Source of the DNA: Cenococcum geophilum
Taxonomy: Eukaryota
Direction: 5' to 3'
NCBI GenBank assembly: GCA_050273025.1
Contig: CP158636.1
Location: 10,044,001-10,108,000, forward strand
Length of the DNA stretch: 64,000 nucleotides
The position numbers and the translations under genes were made by a program. Positions within the stretch are counted from its first letter, which is position 1. Each line of letters starts with the position of its first letter. Shown one piece after another: positions 13,161 through 25,600 of the stretch. The notes beneath the pieces were generated by a model. It saw only the letters and a list, made by a program, of their open reading frames with translations. It did not search any database and was not told the origin of the DNA.

Positions 13161-16100
13161 CTGATTAGTGAGCGCGCATAGATCAGCAATTACTTGATAC
13201 CTCCCCCGAGCGATACTTAATAGCGACCACCCGTTTAGACTCCTAGTACGACCTACTAGAAGGTTAAAAGTCGGGGATTACGGACTATCACCAACCCTGT
13301 ATACTTAGTTAAGTCTTAGTACGGTTACTAGAAGTTATAGACGCAAATACAGACCTATACAGAACCCCTACCCTTAACCTCTTTGAACCTCAAACCCCTA
13401 TTCCTACTACACCCTCTTTTAACACCTCTGATGTCTTTTTAGACCCCTTACGGAGACCCCCTACCCTTCTGCAAACCGTTATAGACCCGTTAATTACCTT
13501 TACGGACCGTTACGGAGACCTTTTACCCTTTTATAAACCACTATGGACCCGCTAACCGCCTTTACGGACCCTATAAGACCTCTACCACCTACTACGTACT
13601 ATATAGTATGGCAGACATTAGCAAGTAAGTTAGCGAAGGTTAAAAAAAGTGGAGATAAGGCGTCGATATTACGTCTATAAATAACGTTAACGACTATATT
13701 AGCTTTAAAATCCTTAAATATAGATACTTTAAGCTTATAAATAATAACCTATAGGAGCAATATAAGGAAGACTTTGCGGACTTTACGGAAGCTATTTTTA
13801 AGGCTTGCAACCCTACTGCTATCTATAACCTACGAACCCTTTTATGTCACTAAGGTGTATAGGTTAAAAGGGATAAACAAGTTACTGTTACACGGTCTCT
13901 ATACGATATACTATATAAGGAGGACCAAACGAAATAGACTAAAGAGCAGATCTTAAATTATATTAAAACTAGTAACCTCTTTGCCTCCTTTAAACTTAAC
14001 AGAATCTTTAGCCTTATAGCTAACCTATTTGACCGAATTCGTTCCATAAACCTAAGTGGCATTAGAATTAATCTTACTAGCTAAAGTATACCTAATACTT
14101 AAGTTACGGACCATAATACCCCCGTAACCTAAGTTACGGACTATAATACCCCTGTAAACTAAAATATAGACCAAATTACCCCCGTTATTTAAGTTATAGA
14201 TCCATAAACTATATATCCGCAAGCTATAGATCCGTAAGTTATAGATCCGCAACCTACCTAAGTAAAGACCTATGGTAAGGAGCTAGCTAACCTAGCTAAG
14301 CTCTATACCGACGAATCTAAGTATAGCAGTGAAAACGATAACTTTAACTTTAAACTTACTATCTTTACGGACCTCTATTGGAAGGCTGATATTCCTAAAT
14401 AGAAATTCAGCTAAGCCTACTCTACTATACTGCGCGGCCTAGTACTTAATTACTACCATACTAATCTTAAGAGTAACCCCCTTAGTGTTCCCTTTAATAA
14501 GCTATATAAAGCTACGCGTAACTACTTTAAAGGACCGGAATATAAGCGTGATATTTTTACCCAATAGAATGCGACTAAGCTATAGACCGTAATTGATAAG
14601 AACACTAAAAAATTGACTATAGAGTACCTGTAAATTCTTATTAAAGACCTTTGGCACCTATAGTATGGCCTTAACACTAAGCTTTAAACAGATGACTTCC
14701 TATATAATAAACTTATTACAGCCTACTAGGAAGTAGAGCCCTATAAGTACGCCTACTATAAGCCTATAGATACCTTAGCTGGCCTTATTAATAACCTACG
14801 CTCCTCTATTGTAACGTATAAAGTCTTAAACCCACTAGGCAGCACTTAAGCCTTTATTACGGATATTTAATATCCGCAAATAGACTTAGACGTCTACTTT
14901 ACGGACCGCCGCTACCGCTAGCAGCACCCGTACCAACTAAGTCCTACCCGTAACCCCCATAGCAACCCCGGTATAAAAATATACCCCCGCAGATAAACTA
15001 GCCAGAAGTGCTTTATATGCGGTAAGGAAGGATGTTGGTCTATAAGGTATACCTAGAAAGAATATAATAAGTCTAGGAAGAGACTTAATAGCTATATTAA
15101 CTAGTTCATTTTGGAATATAAAGGAGAGGAAGTAGAAGAGCCCCCTAATAAGTTAATAGAAGCCCTTATAATTGACTTTAACTTAGACGCTTAGGAATAA
15201 GAGACCTTAGAGATATTCCTAACCACTTTTAGACCTTTTATGGACAGCTAAGCCTTTAATATTACGACTATATTAGCCGACCATTCCTTTATACACTTAG
15301 TTACGCCCAAAAACCATTCCGTAAGTACCCCCGTTATAGATATTATAGATTACGAGCAGGACCTATTTGCATATATTACTATAGAACGCTATACCCCTAA
15401 GGAATTCTACGGTGTTATAATCGACATAGGTGCCTCTAAGAAGTCTACCGTAGGCTATGGACAATACCTCGTATATAGGACTACCGTAAATAATAATACG
15501 GACATTGATATTACGCAAATTAGGGCCTTAAACGTCTAATTCGGCATTAGCTTAACTGTATTAATTAGATTAGTTGTAGTTAAGACCCCAATTAGCCTAG
15601 TTAACTTCCATATAGTAAAAGTAGACACCCCTTTCTTACTCTGCCTTGCGGATATAAATAGGTTATAGGTGTACTATAATAATGTTACGGACACCCTAAT
15701 TAGCCCCGCAACTGCCCTAGAAAGTAAGTATATTACCCTACTAATTATATAACGATTTGGACACCCGTTCCTTATATAGGGAGAGACTTTATAGACCTAT
15801 ATTTAGGAATCTTTTAACTATAACCTATGCTACCTTACTAGTACTAAGATCTACCGCCTATACCGCCGTTTCGGCTACCCGTTAGCCGAAAAGCTGTATA
15901 GAGTCCTTAAACGCTCTGGACATAACGACGTTAATAGGAAGGCAATTAACTACCTAACTAAATACTGCTCCTTCTGCTAGAAATACGGACGTTCCCTAGG
16001 CCAATTTAAGTTTACCCTTTATAAGGACCTTAACTTTAACTACTTAGTGTACGTGGACATTATATACATTAACGGTAGTTTAGTATTATATATAATTGAC

Positions 16101-19052
16101 AAGGCAACCCGCTATTAAGCCGCCCGTTGGTTATAAAATATATCCGTAAAATATACTTGGGATATTTTACGGACCTGCTGGATTGATATATACGTCGAAC
16201 CTCCATAGTATATCACCTATAACGCCGGTAGGAACTTTATTAGCAAGAAATTCTAGTAGTATGCTACGGCTATAGCTATATTAATAAAAGCTGTTCTAGT
16301 TAAGGCGTACTAGTCTATTGGGCTTGTTAAGTAAGCTTACCTAGCCTTATAGAGAGCTTACCAGATTATTACGGATGAGTGTAAGGACATTTAAAAGGAA
16401 CTAGCTTTACAGATGGCCGTAAAAGCTGTTAACGACACCACTAGCCCTAACGGACTAGTACCTACCCTTTTAGTTTACGGAGCCTACCTAAGGATAAGCA
16501 ACCTAGGCCCTTCTGCCCCGTCTATTACGGAACGAGTAGCTATAATACGGAAGGCAATAACTAAAATAGTTAAGCTATAGGCCAAGTAAGCTATTAATAA
16601 CGCCCTATACTACCGTAACGGACTTAACATAACCCTAGTATACAACCTCCCGCTTAACTCTAAAGTCCTTATATAGTGTAAAAGCGGCAGTTAGAATAGA
16701 CCTTATTATCTACTAGCCGTAGAAAACGAGACGTGCTGCGTATAGCTTCCTAGTGGGCTAACTAGCTTTAGAAGTACGTCCGTAAAACCCTACTTTCGGC
16801 CCGAAAATACCCATAACGTTAAACTAGACGAACTGGAAGCACCTGTCGAACTAGACGAACCGGAAGCACCCGCCGAATTAAAATAAACTGGAAGCACCCT
16901 TGCCTACCCTAGAAGTCCCCTAGAAACCCACTAAACCTACTAAACTTACTATAAAGCGTGGTTAAGGACGCCCCTAAAAGCACCCTATAACTAAGAACAC
17001 CGTAATAAAAAATTACCTGACCTCCGTAGGAATATCTATAAGGCAATCTCCGCCTGCGGATATATTAGTTCTAGTATAGGAAACCCCGTTTACGGACTTA
17101 TGACGTAAAGAGATTAACGGACTACTTAAAAAGGGTGTCTTTGCGGTTATAATAGAGAAAGACGTCCCGTAAGGCGTCCGTATATTTAACTTATGCTTTA
17201 TTAACAAGATTAAGCACCCTAGTACTAATAAAGCCTTTAAGAAATTAAGGCTTGTTATATAAGCTTATAATAATAAGGGAAAGGACTTAGTCCTTACGTA
17301 ATCGCCTATAATTTAATAAGTCAGCCAACGAATTATACTTGCACTTGCGCTGGGACTATAGCAAACTAAACCCGTAGCCCTATACTTACGGGATATTTTA
17401 TAAGCCTATATATAGTCTAACACCTACCTAAGTAGGAATATCTTTATACGACTACCCTATAAGCTTAACCTATAACTAGGAATAATTTTATGGGTCGTAA
17501 AACCTCTTTATGGAGTACTAGAAGCTAGGAACTACTGGTTTAAAACGTACCGCTAGCATTATATTAGTAAGCTTAAAATGGAATAGTTGACCTACAACCC
17601 CTGCCTCCTATACAGCCTATTAAACGGCCTTGGTATTATTAGACTTTAAATAGATAATACCCTATTCCTAGTAGACTAGACCTTTATAGATGTTAAAGAA
17701 ACTAAACTATAAAAGGCCAAGTTCTTGGTAAAGCTATAAGAGTAGTTAATTAAGTAGAATCTAATTAAGTTTAATAGAGGCCTAATTATATAAAAGGGCA
17801 ACCTAATTAAGCTAACTTAGGAACGCTAAGCTTAAAACCTAAAGCTTATTATAGTAAAGCCTACGGACCTTACTAGTTCCCGCGAAGAGACCTGTAAGAC
17901 CGTAAATATAAAGGACTAATATGCTGTATAGCGTGCAAGAGGCGCCTATATTGCTATAGTTTGCCAACCTAAATCTGATAACTTATCCTTTGCGGCCTAG
18001 GTAGTAGATCCGTAAGAAGAAAATATTAAGCAGCTTAATAAGCGCATTTAGTGGCAAATTGATAATATAGTAAGGGGATTTACTTTTGTACTACTAGACC
18101 TAAATTCCCTTAGCTTACTAGCATTTACGGACGCCTCCTTTGCTAATAACAAAGACCTATTATTATAAATTAGCTTTGTAATTGTACTTACGGACCGCAA
18201 TTAGGACGCAAATATACTATACTAGTCTTTAATTAAGTGTAAATAAGTAACCCGTAGTATACTAGCTTCTAAACTATATATACTAGCTTATGGATTTAAT
18301 ATAGCAGCTGTAATTAAATTAACGGTCTAGAAGATTCTATAACTAGAGCAGTTACCCCTAGTTTTATACACTAATTTAAAGTCCCTTTACGACTGCCTAG
18401 TTAAACTAGGTACGATATAAGAGAAGAGGCTTATAGTCGACCTAATATGCTTATATTAGGCCTATAAATGACGTAAAATTATAGAGGTTAAATAGATTAG
18501 TAGTAGAGACAACCCAGCGGACGCTATAACTAAGGTAAAGCCGTGTTAAGCCCTTAAAACCCTAATTAACACGAATAAGCTTAACCTAAAAATTATAAAA
18601 TGGGTAGAACGGGATTAATGGAGCACCTATGGTATATTTACGGCCCGTTAGAAGGCCGTACGGCTCGTTATACAGTATAGGTGGAAAACGGTAGAAAGCT
18701 ACAGTGGAAGTTGGTGGACTTACGTGACCTGCCGAATTTTATAGGGTAGTTGAATTAACTAATTACGATTTTCCATCCCTAGGATGGAAAATTGCTATTG
18801 GTTTGCTTAGCACTAGCGCCTTAGCGGCCCTTAAAATCTAACCTATGGCTCGTCTACTGCCCGTTAAAAGGCCATACGGTTTATTTTACGGACCGTAAGC
18901 AGAACTTACGGCTAGCCTGGGGCACCGTTTGGAAGGCAGCTTAGACAGCACCTTGGGGAGATTTCTTATGTATTTTCCTTTGTGTTCTATGGTTTTATTA
19001 AAGCAATTACGGAGGCTGTATACAGGTGGTTTTATTTTTTAAGTACTGCTAG

Positions 19053-19320
19053 TGTATAATTATAGCACCTATTATACTAAACGCGTGCTTACGCGTTTGG
19101 TATACTAGGTACGCGTTTACGCGTTTAGTATACCAACCACTCGCTTACGCGTCTGGTGCACTTATAAAGCACTAACTAATTAGGGGGGAGGTGCATCAGT
19201 ATATAGACCACGTAGTCTGCTTTATACAATCGACAGTCACCATCTAAACAAGCATACGATACTACATGTATTTCGTGCCCGTGGATACAACTCACTCGTG
19301 CTATTAAGTTAGTACGAACA
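19053..19320 (+). repeat. 3' LTR
   Basis: TGTAT...GAACA; direct repeat of 12893-13160. Confidence 0.95.
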
Positions 19321-22253
19321 ATATCGCTTATATTGACACTAGTTTACGATTTTATAGTTATTGCTATACTTTTCTATAACCGTAAATGTTAGAATATAGA
19401 TATAGTATGGATTAATTAGGGATATAATATCTCTATACCTTTAATCGCGTCTAAAATTTCGTAGTATTGCTTATGGCTTATAGCCTCTATAATTAAAGCT
19501 ATATATTACCCAACACTATCTTAGCCTATATTTCCGGCTTTAATAACCTAATAAATACTGCGAAGAATGTGGATTTAGTAATATACAATTGCAGACTTTA
19601 TATAGCCCTGCTAGGTCTACAAGGGGTTAATATCTACTAGGTAAAGGCCAAGCCCTAATATATTTTAGTAATATCTTTAATATATACACATTATAAAATA
19701 CCTTTTACCTACACCCTATCTATATCTATAAGAGCTATATAAAATCCACGTTTATAAATATAACTCCAATAAGTTGGATAGCTGCAATTCTTATATAAGC
19801 GGAATATAGTATAGAAAAGTTGTTAATATATCTCTGCTAATCGGCCCATAGCTTAGTTTATAAAAACTCTTATTAGTGTAATAACTATAGCCTTATTAGA
19901 ATAAAGATATAACCATAATATAACTAGGTTATATAATACCTTTATTAATTCTAGGGATATTTATAGTAATTATAACCTTATCTAGCCTAGCTATACTAAC
20001 TTGTTTAAACAATATATTAATTTTAAATGTTTTTAACGTTAATAGTATTTCTGCCTAGCCTTTTTAAAAGCATGTAATTATTAGCTTACTATTTTCGTGG
20101 AATATATCTTATATATATTTAGGACCAGTTTTATAATACAGATACTTTTTAAATATTACCCCTTATATATCTTGACCTTATGGAAATAATAAAAGCTGTT
20201 GCTTTTTAATTATATATTAAATCTTATTAAGATTTACTAGGCTTTAATAAAGGCTTAGAAGGCTAGTGACATTATATTTTTTGCAAAACTTTTTTATTAA
20301 AGGGCTATATATAAAAGAGCCTAATAGAGTAAGGATAGAGCATTAATATAGCTTAGATATAATATACTTAGAGTAAGCCCTGGCCCTAACTATCGCTAAA
20401 TTTATTATTAAAGTTCTTTAATAAGCTATATTAGAACCTTTAATAGAGGCGCTAGAGGATATATATATTTACTATAAGAAGTTAAAATAATATAAGGGCA
20501 ATCCTTAATATTATCTAGCTATATATAATTAAACTCCACGTTATATAGGGCTAGTACCCATTTTTTAGGCCCTTGGGCGTGGTTATAACCTAGATATATT
20601 AGTATTATATTATAGTTATATCATAGTTATATACATATTATAATAACTTACCGTAATTATCTAATCTTTTCTTCCTGTGCTCTACCGCTGCATAGGTTTC
20701 TAGGGTACCCTAATAGCCTTAGTTAAGTAAATCTCTTAAATATTTTAATAAGTATCTTAAAACTAAAGAAAGAGACTTTTAGTAGTGTTTTTTATGGTTC
20801 TATATTTAACTTCCCTTAGTACAGTATATACTTACCACAGGTTTATCTATAAGTAACTAGTTATAGCTTAGTTATAGTAGTAATATACTTAGGATCTATT
20901 AAACACTAACTATATACTTTACAATATAAAGATATGGCTTATAACTAGCACTCTGCTCTATATAGGCAATCTAGTACTAAAATATATAATAAATACTATT
21001 ATAAAGCCTATATATATATTAATAAAAATAGATAATATAAATAAATGTCTTACGTGTTCGTGTTTCTCTGTTTAATATTATTTTAATTTAATTCTATTAA
21101 ATCGCCAAGGAAATATATAAGAGTTCGCGACCTCTATATTATAACTTAGATATAGTAGTATAATATTATAGATATATTATACTTTTTCTTGCAATTTACA
21201 TATTCTTTTCTAGTCCTCTACTGTAATTTGCTCGTGATAAAAGTTTTATAGTTAAGGGTCTAAATATTTATAATAAAACACGCCTAAATAGGGTATCTGT
21301 CTTCTAAAACACTTTTAGAGGCCAAGAAGAGGGTATATTATACTTATTTTGTTCTTTAATATATATAAGTATTATATCTATCTATATTAGAACTAAGTTA
21401 TATATAAGATCTATCTAGGATATAGTGTCTTACATTTTTATACATCTTTATAATATTCTTATTGTTTAGCTATAGGCCAGATAAATCTATAATATATCTA
21501 ATCCCGTGCTTAAAGGATATAGAATATTCTAGTATCTCTTAACTAAACATAAGTCTTTTTACTACAAGTAATCCAGTTTATATAATTAATATTAAGCCTA
21601 GCTATATTATAGAGATAATTAGTTTATATATTATATATAGCTCGCGTTATATAATTCTACTTACTACTATTATTAAAGAAGAGGCATTAGCAGATCGTTA
21701 TAACATGGGCATTTAGGATTAAATATCTTAGTAGTACTCCCGATATAAGCCGGATATATCCTAATTACCATCTTTAATATTCACATATGTGCGTTCCTCC
21801 TGCACCTATTACCCTTTATAGAAGAAGTCCTCCCGTAATTATTCTAAGTCTTTAATTAAAGGCTAAGTTTCTTCTATTAGCAGTAGTATAGAAGAACTAC
21901 CCGAGATAGGTAGGTGCGTAAGGGTATCTGGATTATATCCTAGATATATTATTAATCTATCCTAGATATATCTTTGCGTACTTTAGAATACTTATATATT
22001 ATTGGCTATTTTTAATGCTAATATTTACACGATCTTAAATACGCCAAAGATAAGGTATGGTTATAATATTATATAATAATATATAGCTTTAATATATTAA
22101 TCGCGATAATTTTAAAGAATTTTGTATTAAAAGCTCATTAGGTGTGCGCGCACGGGGCTAAAGTTCATAAAGTGTAAGATTTTGCGACGTGGCGTATTTG
22201 AACACTCCCGGAGCTTTCGGCTACACTCTCCGACCTTCAGACTCCATTAATTC

Positions 22254-22384
22254 GCGCCTAATAGTTATTGATAAGAGCTAGCCAATTAATCGAGCTGAAT
22301 TTAACGCCCGTACTAAGAAATACGAAGCTTTTGATTTTCCTTAGCGGGTAGTTTAAATATCAGCCTACGAATATTTTTCCAATA
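22254..22384. mobile_element. Right end of a TIR element of the same family as 30977-32086; host of the MULE and probably of the Gypsy (continues at 9356-9493)
   Basis: gattttccttagcgggtagtttaaatatcagcctacgaatatttttccaata (22333-22384) matches gattttcacttaatgggtagtttgaaccccagcctgtgaatatttcccgatg (32035-32086). hAT coding sequence starts immediately after it. Confidence 0.6.
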
Positions 22385-22608
22385 AAGAAATAGGCCTAGT
22401 TTTAGTAAGAATTTAAAAAGAATAAAGTAAAGAAGAACTAGCTACGTAGTAGCCCTAAAGATCTTAAGGATTTTAGTATATAAGGCCTTATAGGACCTCT
22501 AGCTAAAGGAATATAAAGGTAAATATATAGCTACGGCCGCCTAAGAGCTATTTACTACTAAGTCTATACTAGGCGAAACTTTTAATAGACTATATATATA
22601 TAAGTAGA

Positions 22609-25600
22609 GCCCGCGAAGCCCTACTGCACGCGTCCACGTCGCCGCGGGTGGAAATATTATCGGGAAATCATTCCTTATAATGGCTAAGTGCAGAGGCAAT
22701 AGAGGAGAGCCGTCGCAGCGCGCGCAGCGCGCTAGTGTTGCGACTCTGTGGTGTTGAGCCCGCGACGCGTATATCGCCCTTAATAACACTAGGAGTCCTA
22801 CTGCCCCTGCTTAGGGCTCCTGCCATACCATCTAGGGGGGCCATCAAGGGAAACTGGGATACGAAAACCGCCCGACGTACGACTACCTAGCTTACAGCCA
22901 GGCCCAAAACTGGCCTTACTTAGCTAGTTAATGTGGACGCGCCCTAGGCGTACAACAGGACACCCTTAGGCTTGCACTAGCTCTAAGACCAAGAGGATAT
23001 AGCAAGGGCGTAGGGAACCTCTTTTTATAAGAACTTGTTAAGGTTAACGCGTTACAGATACTTTGTATAAAACTTATTAAGGCCCTAAGGCCACTATAAA
23101 GAACTTATTAAGGCCCCTCTATAAGGGCCTATCTGGTATCTAGTATACCTAGGTAACTTAGAAGAGGGTCTTAATAGGCGTAGTGCGCGCGACCTAGACA
23201 ACAGTAACGCGACAGTAATATAATGGCAACGCGATAGCGACCAGACGGCTTAACGAGGTGGAAACACGGGTAAAGCTCTAGGCAGCGGAAACACAGGCCA
23301 GCTTTAACGGCCCTATGGCGTACGACTTAGTCGACTTATAGTTAACCTATAGTTAACTTATAGGTAACTTATAGGAGGGTCTTAATAGGTGTAGTGCATA
23401 TAACCTAATACGTATATATATAAGGCGACTTATAGGAGGGTCTTAATAGGCGTAGTGTATATAACCTAATGCATATATATAGGGGAGGCTATAGGGGAAA
23501 TATAGGCTAGTTAGATAAGGTTTTAATAGTTAGAGATATAGGCTAGCTTATAAAAGGGGGGGATATAAGCTTAGTTAGTAGGAAAGGGGGGAGTAGGTTA
23601 TCTGGTGTAGGACCTAGTATCTTTATAGCCCCTCTCCTATAAGATACGGTCGGCCTATTATAAGGAGACTCTTATAGGCAACGCGAAACGGAAACCTCCC
23701 GCGGGGCGTAGTACGTAATAGCCACTACTGGCTTTAAGGACCTTACCCCTTAACTAGGCTCTAACCCTTAATGCACCTAGTAGGTAGGTAGGATTACGTC
23801 CTAGCTAGAGAGACTACTATATAGCTTAAGAGAATGGATATACGTATTAGTATATTAATAGATAGAACCGTTTATCTCTAGGGTGGTATGCTAGCGAGAT
23901 ATACTTAAGGAGTAAACAGGAGTTACTTAAGTAGGAAGGTTTTAGCTAGGCCTAACTGTAGAAAGTACGCCTAAGTCTATATTACAGGATGCAGCCATAA
24001 CGCCTTTATAGGACTACGCTAGTAGGCGCGTAAGACAGGAGTTGCGACCCCTAGAAATGGCAGCTTATGCCTATACTAGTGGAAATAATAAAAAAGGCGT
24101 AAAACTAAAGGCTATAGAAGGCTTCTAAGCTATATAAAAGCGTACTAACTCTAGGAGGAGACTTTTATATAGACTACTAAGGGGTAAACTGGTACTTAGG
24201 CTAATAACCCGTTATAAGATATCGAAAAGAATAGTAAAATTCCCTATATAAGTGGTAGTAGTAGCTAACTGCTTGCAGACTAGGACTAAAGCACTAGAAA
24301 ACTGGGGTAGAGGCTTAAATAAGTAGGTATATTAAACTTTACTATATTACTAGCTAATATATAACTACCTGCCCCCATAATAAAGGTCTTTAAAGGATAG
24401 CAAAATAGGTAAAGAAAAAGGCGGGACGTCTAGTAGAAGACCTATACCTTCCGCCTCTGCGAAGACTAAGTGAATTACTAGCTATAAGCGACAATGATAA
24501 GAAGGTAAAGATCCTTATAGAAAGATTTTTCCCTTAACTAGCTTTAGTAGACCTTAGCGATATCACGGGTAAAGCACTAGTGACTCGCCTAAGGGTTAAC
24601 AGTAATATAACAACCGAAGAAATAGCTAGAACTATTAGCCGCCTTTTAAATAATATAGCACTAGGACTAGATAGGATCCTAAATAAAGCCCTAAAGACCT
24701 ATGGACCACTAATAGCACCTTAGCTTGCGGATATAGCTAGAGTATACTTTATAATAGGCTACTACCTAAGACTTAGAAGAGCTATAACAACGTTTATCCT
24801 ACGTAAAGAAGGTAAAGTAGACTACTTACTCCCAGGAAGCTACCGCCCTATTACCTTAAAGAATACCCTTAGCAAGATCTTAGAAAGGGTAATAGCGGAC
24901 TATATAGTAGATACGGCTAAAGAACACGCCCTACTACTATAAAGCTAAATAGGGGCAAGAAAGAACCGCTTAACACTATTAGCACTTACGCTACTTGCTA
25001 CCACCATTAAATCTGCATAGGCGATGCGAAGGGACTTTATAGTATTAATACTTAGCCTAGATATTAGTGGCGCCTATAATAATATACCCTACAAGCGTCT
25101 TCTATATATCCTTAGGGTAAAAGGTTTCCTAGAATAGATTATATAATTTATTTAAGGGTTTATAGGTTAAAAAGAAATATTACTAGTCTTTAGCGGATAC
25201 TAAAGCCCCCTTATTGCAGTTGTAATAGGAATACCATAAAAATTACCCCTCTCACCTATACTCTTCCTTTTCTTTATAAATAACCTGCTTAACTCCTTTA
25301 AGGAAGGGGTAACCTAGGGGATAGGCTTTATTAATAATATAAACCTAATTATATATAGGCTAACAGCTGTAGAGAATTGCAGAACACTAGAGAAAGTATA
25401 TAACACCTATATAGAATAGGTAAGACAATATAGAGTCTAATTCTTACTAGAGAAATACTAGCTAATCCATTTTATAAGAAAACGCAACTAATCTACAGAT
25501 CTCTAGTATATAATTCACATCTAAGGCTTTAGGGGTTAACCAGTTTAGGGCCTAAGAGTATTAGGAGTATAGGTAGACAGTAAGCTCTAGTAGAGCGTAT

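Larger units (their letters stand above)
12893..19320 (+). mobile_element. Full-length GalEa-type Ty1/Copia LTR retrotransposon (6428 bp), RIP-inactivated
   Basis: 268-bp LTRs at 12893-13160 and 19053-19320; TSD ATATC at 12888-12892 and 19321-19325; CTGATTAGT directly after the 5' LTR. Motifs: knuckle KCFICGKEGCWS ~15006, protease IIDIGASKKSTVGYGQY ~15417, integrase, RT (KLRLVI.AYN ~17260, YLRDIL.AY ~17382, KPLYG ~17499), RNase H (AFTDASFANN ~18121, NPADAITK ~18511). Confidence 0.95.
11850..22060 (-). pseudogene. Multi-exon MULE-like DDE transposase, split by the Copia insertion (ends approximate)
   Basis: Minus-strand reads: EILEYSISFKHGIRYIIDLSG (~21475-21540); DCPYIILTSYSKYIYPLAPL (de-RIP H.HPPAP, ~20445-20505); TFKINILFKQV (de-RIP FE.DMSFKRV, first Asp, ~20000-20035); IVYY.IHILRSI (CxxH, ~19555-19595); KNINAVKYSHF.VNNLRR.LSLLAAI (de-RIP TNAVE.SH, catalytic Glu, ~12740-12820). 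Confidence 0.72.
9503..22244. mobile_element. Complete Mutator-like (MULE) DNA transposon, about 6.3 kb without the nested Copia, two convergent genes, RIP-inactivated
   Basis: Identical 9-bp TSD CATTAATTC at 9494-9502 and 22245-22253. Imperfect 42-bp TIRs starting GAG (9503-9544 vs 22203-22244, 30/42 identical ungapped). DDE transposase motifs on the minus strand. Confidence 0.85.

Noticed and set aside
23020..23480. Spaced direct repeats superficially like a CRISPR array (also 4775-4945)
   Set aside because: Eukaryotic TE interior, irregular spacing, partly repeated spacers and no cas genes.
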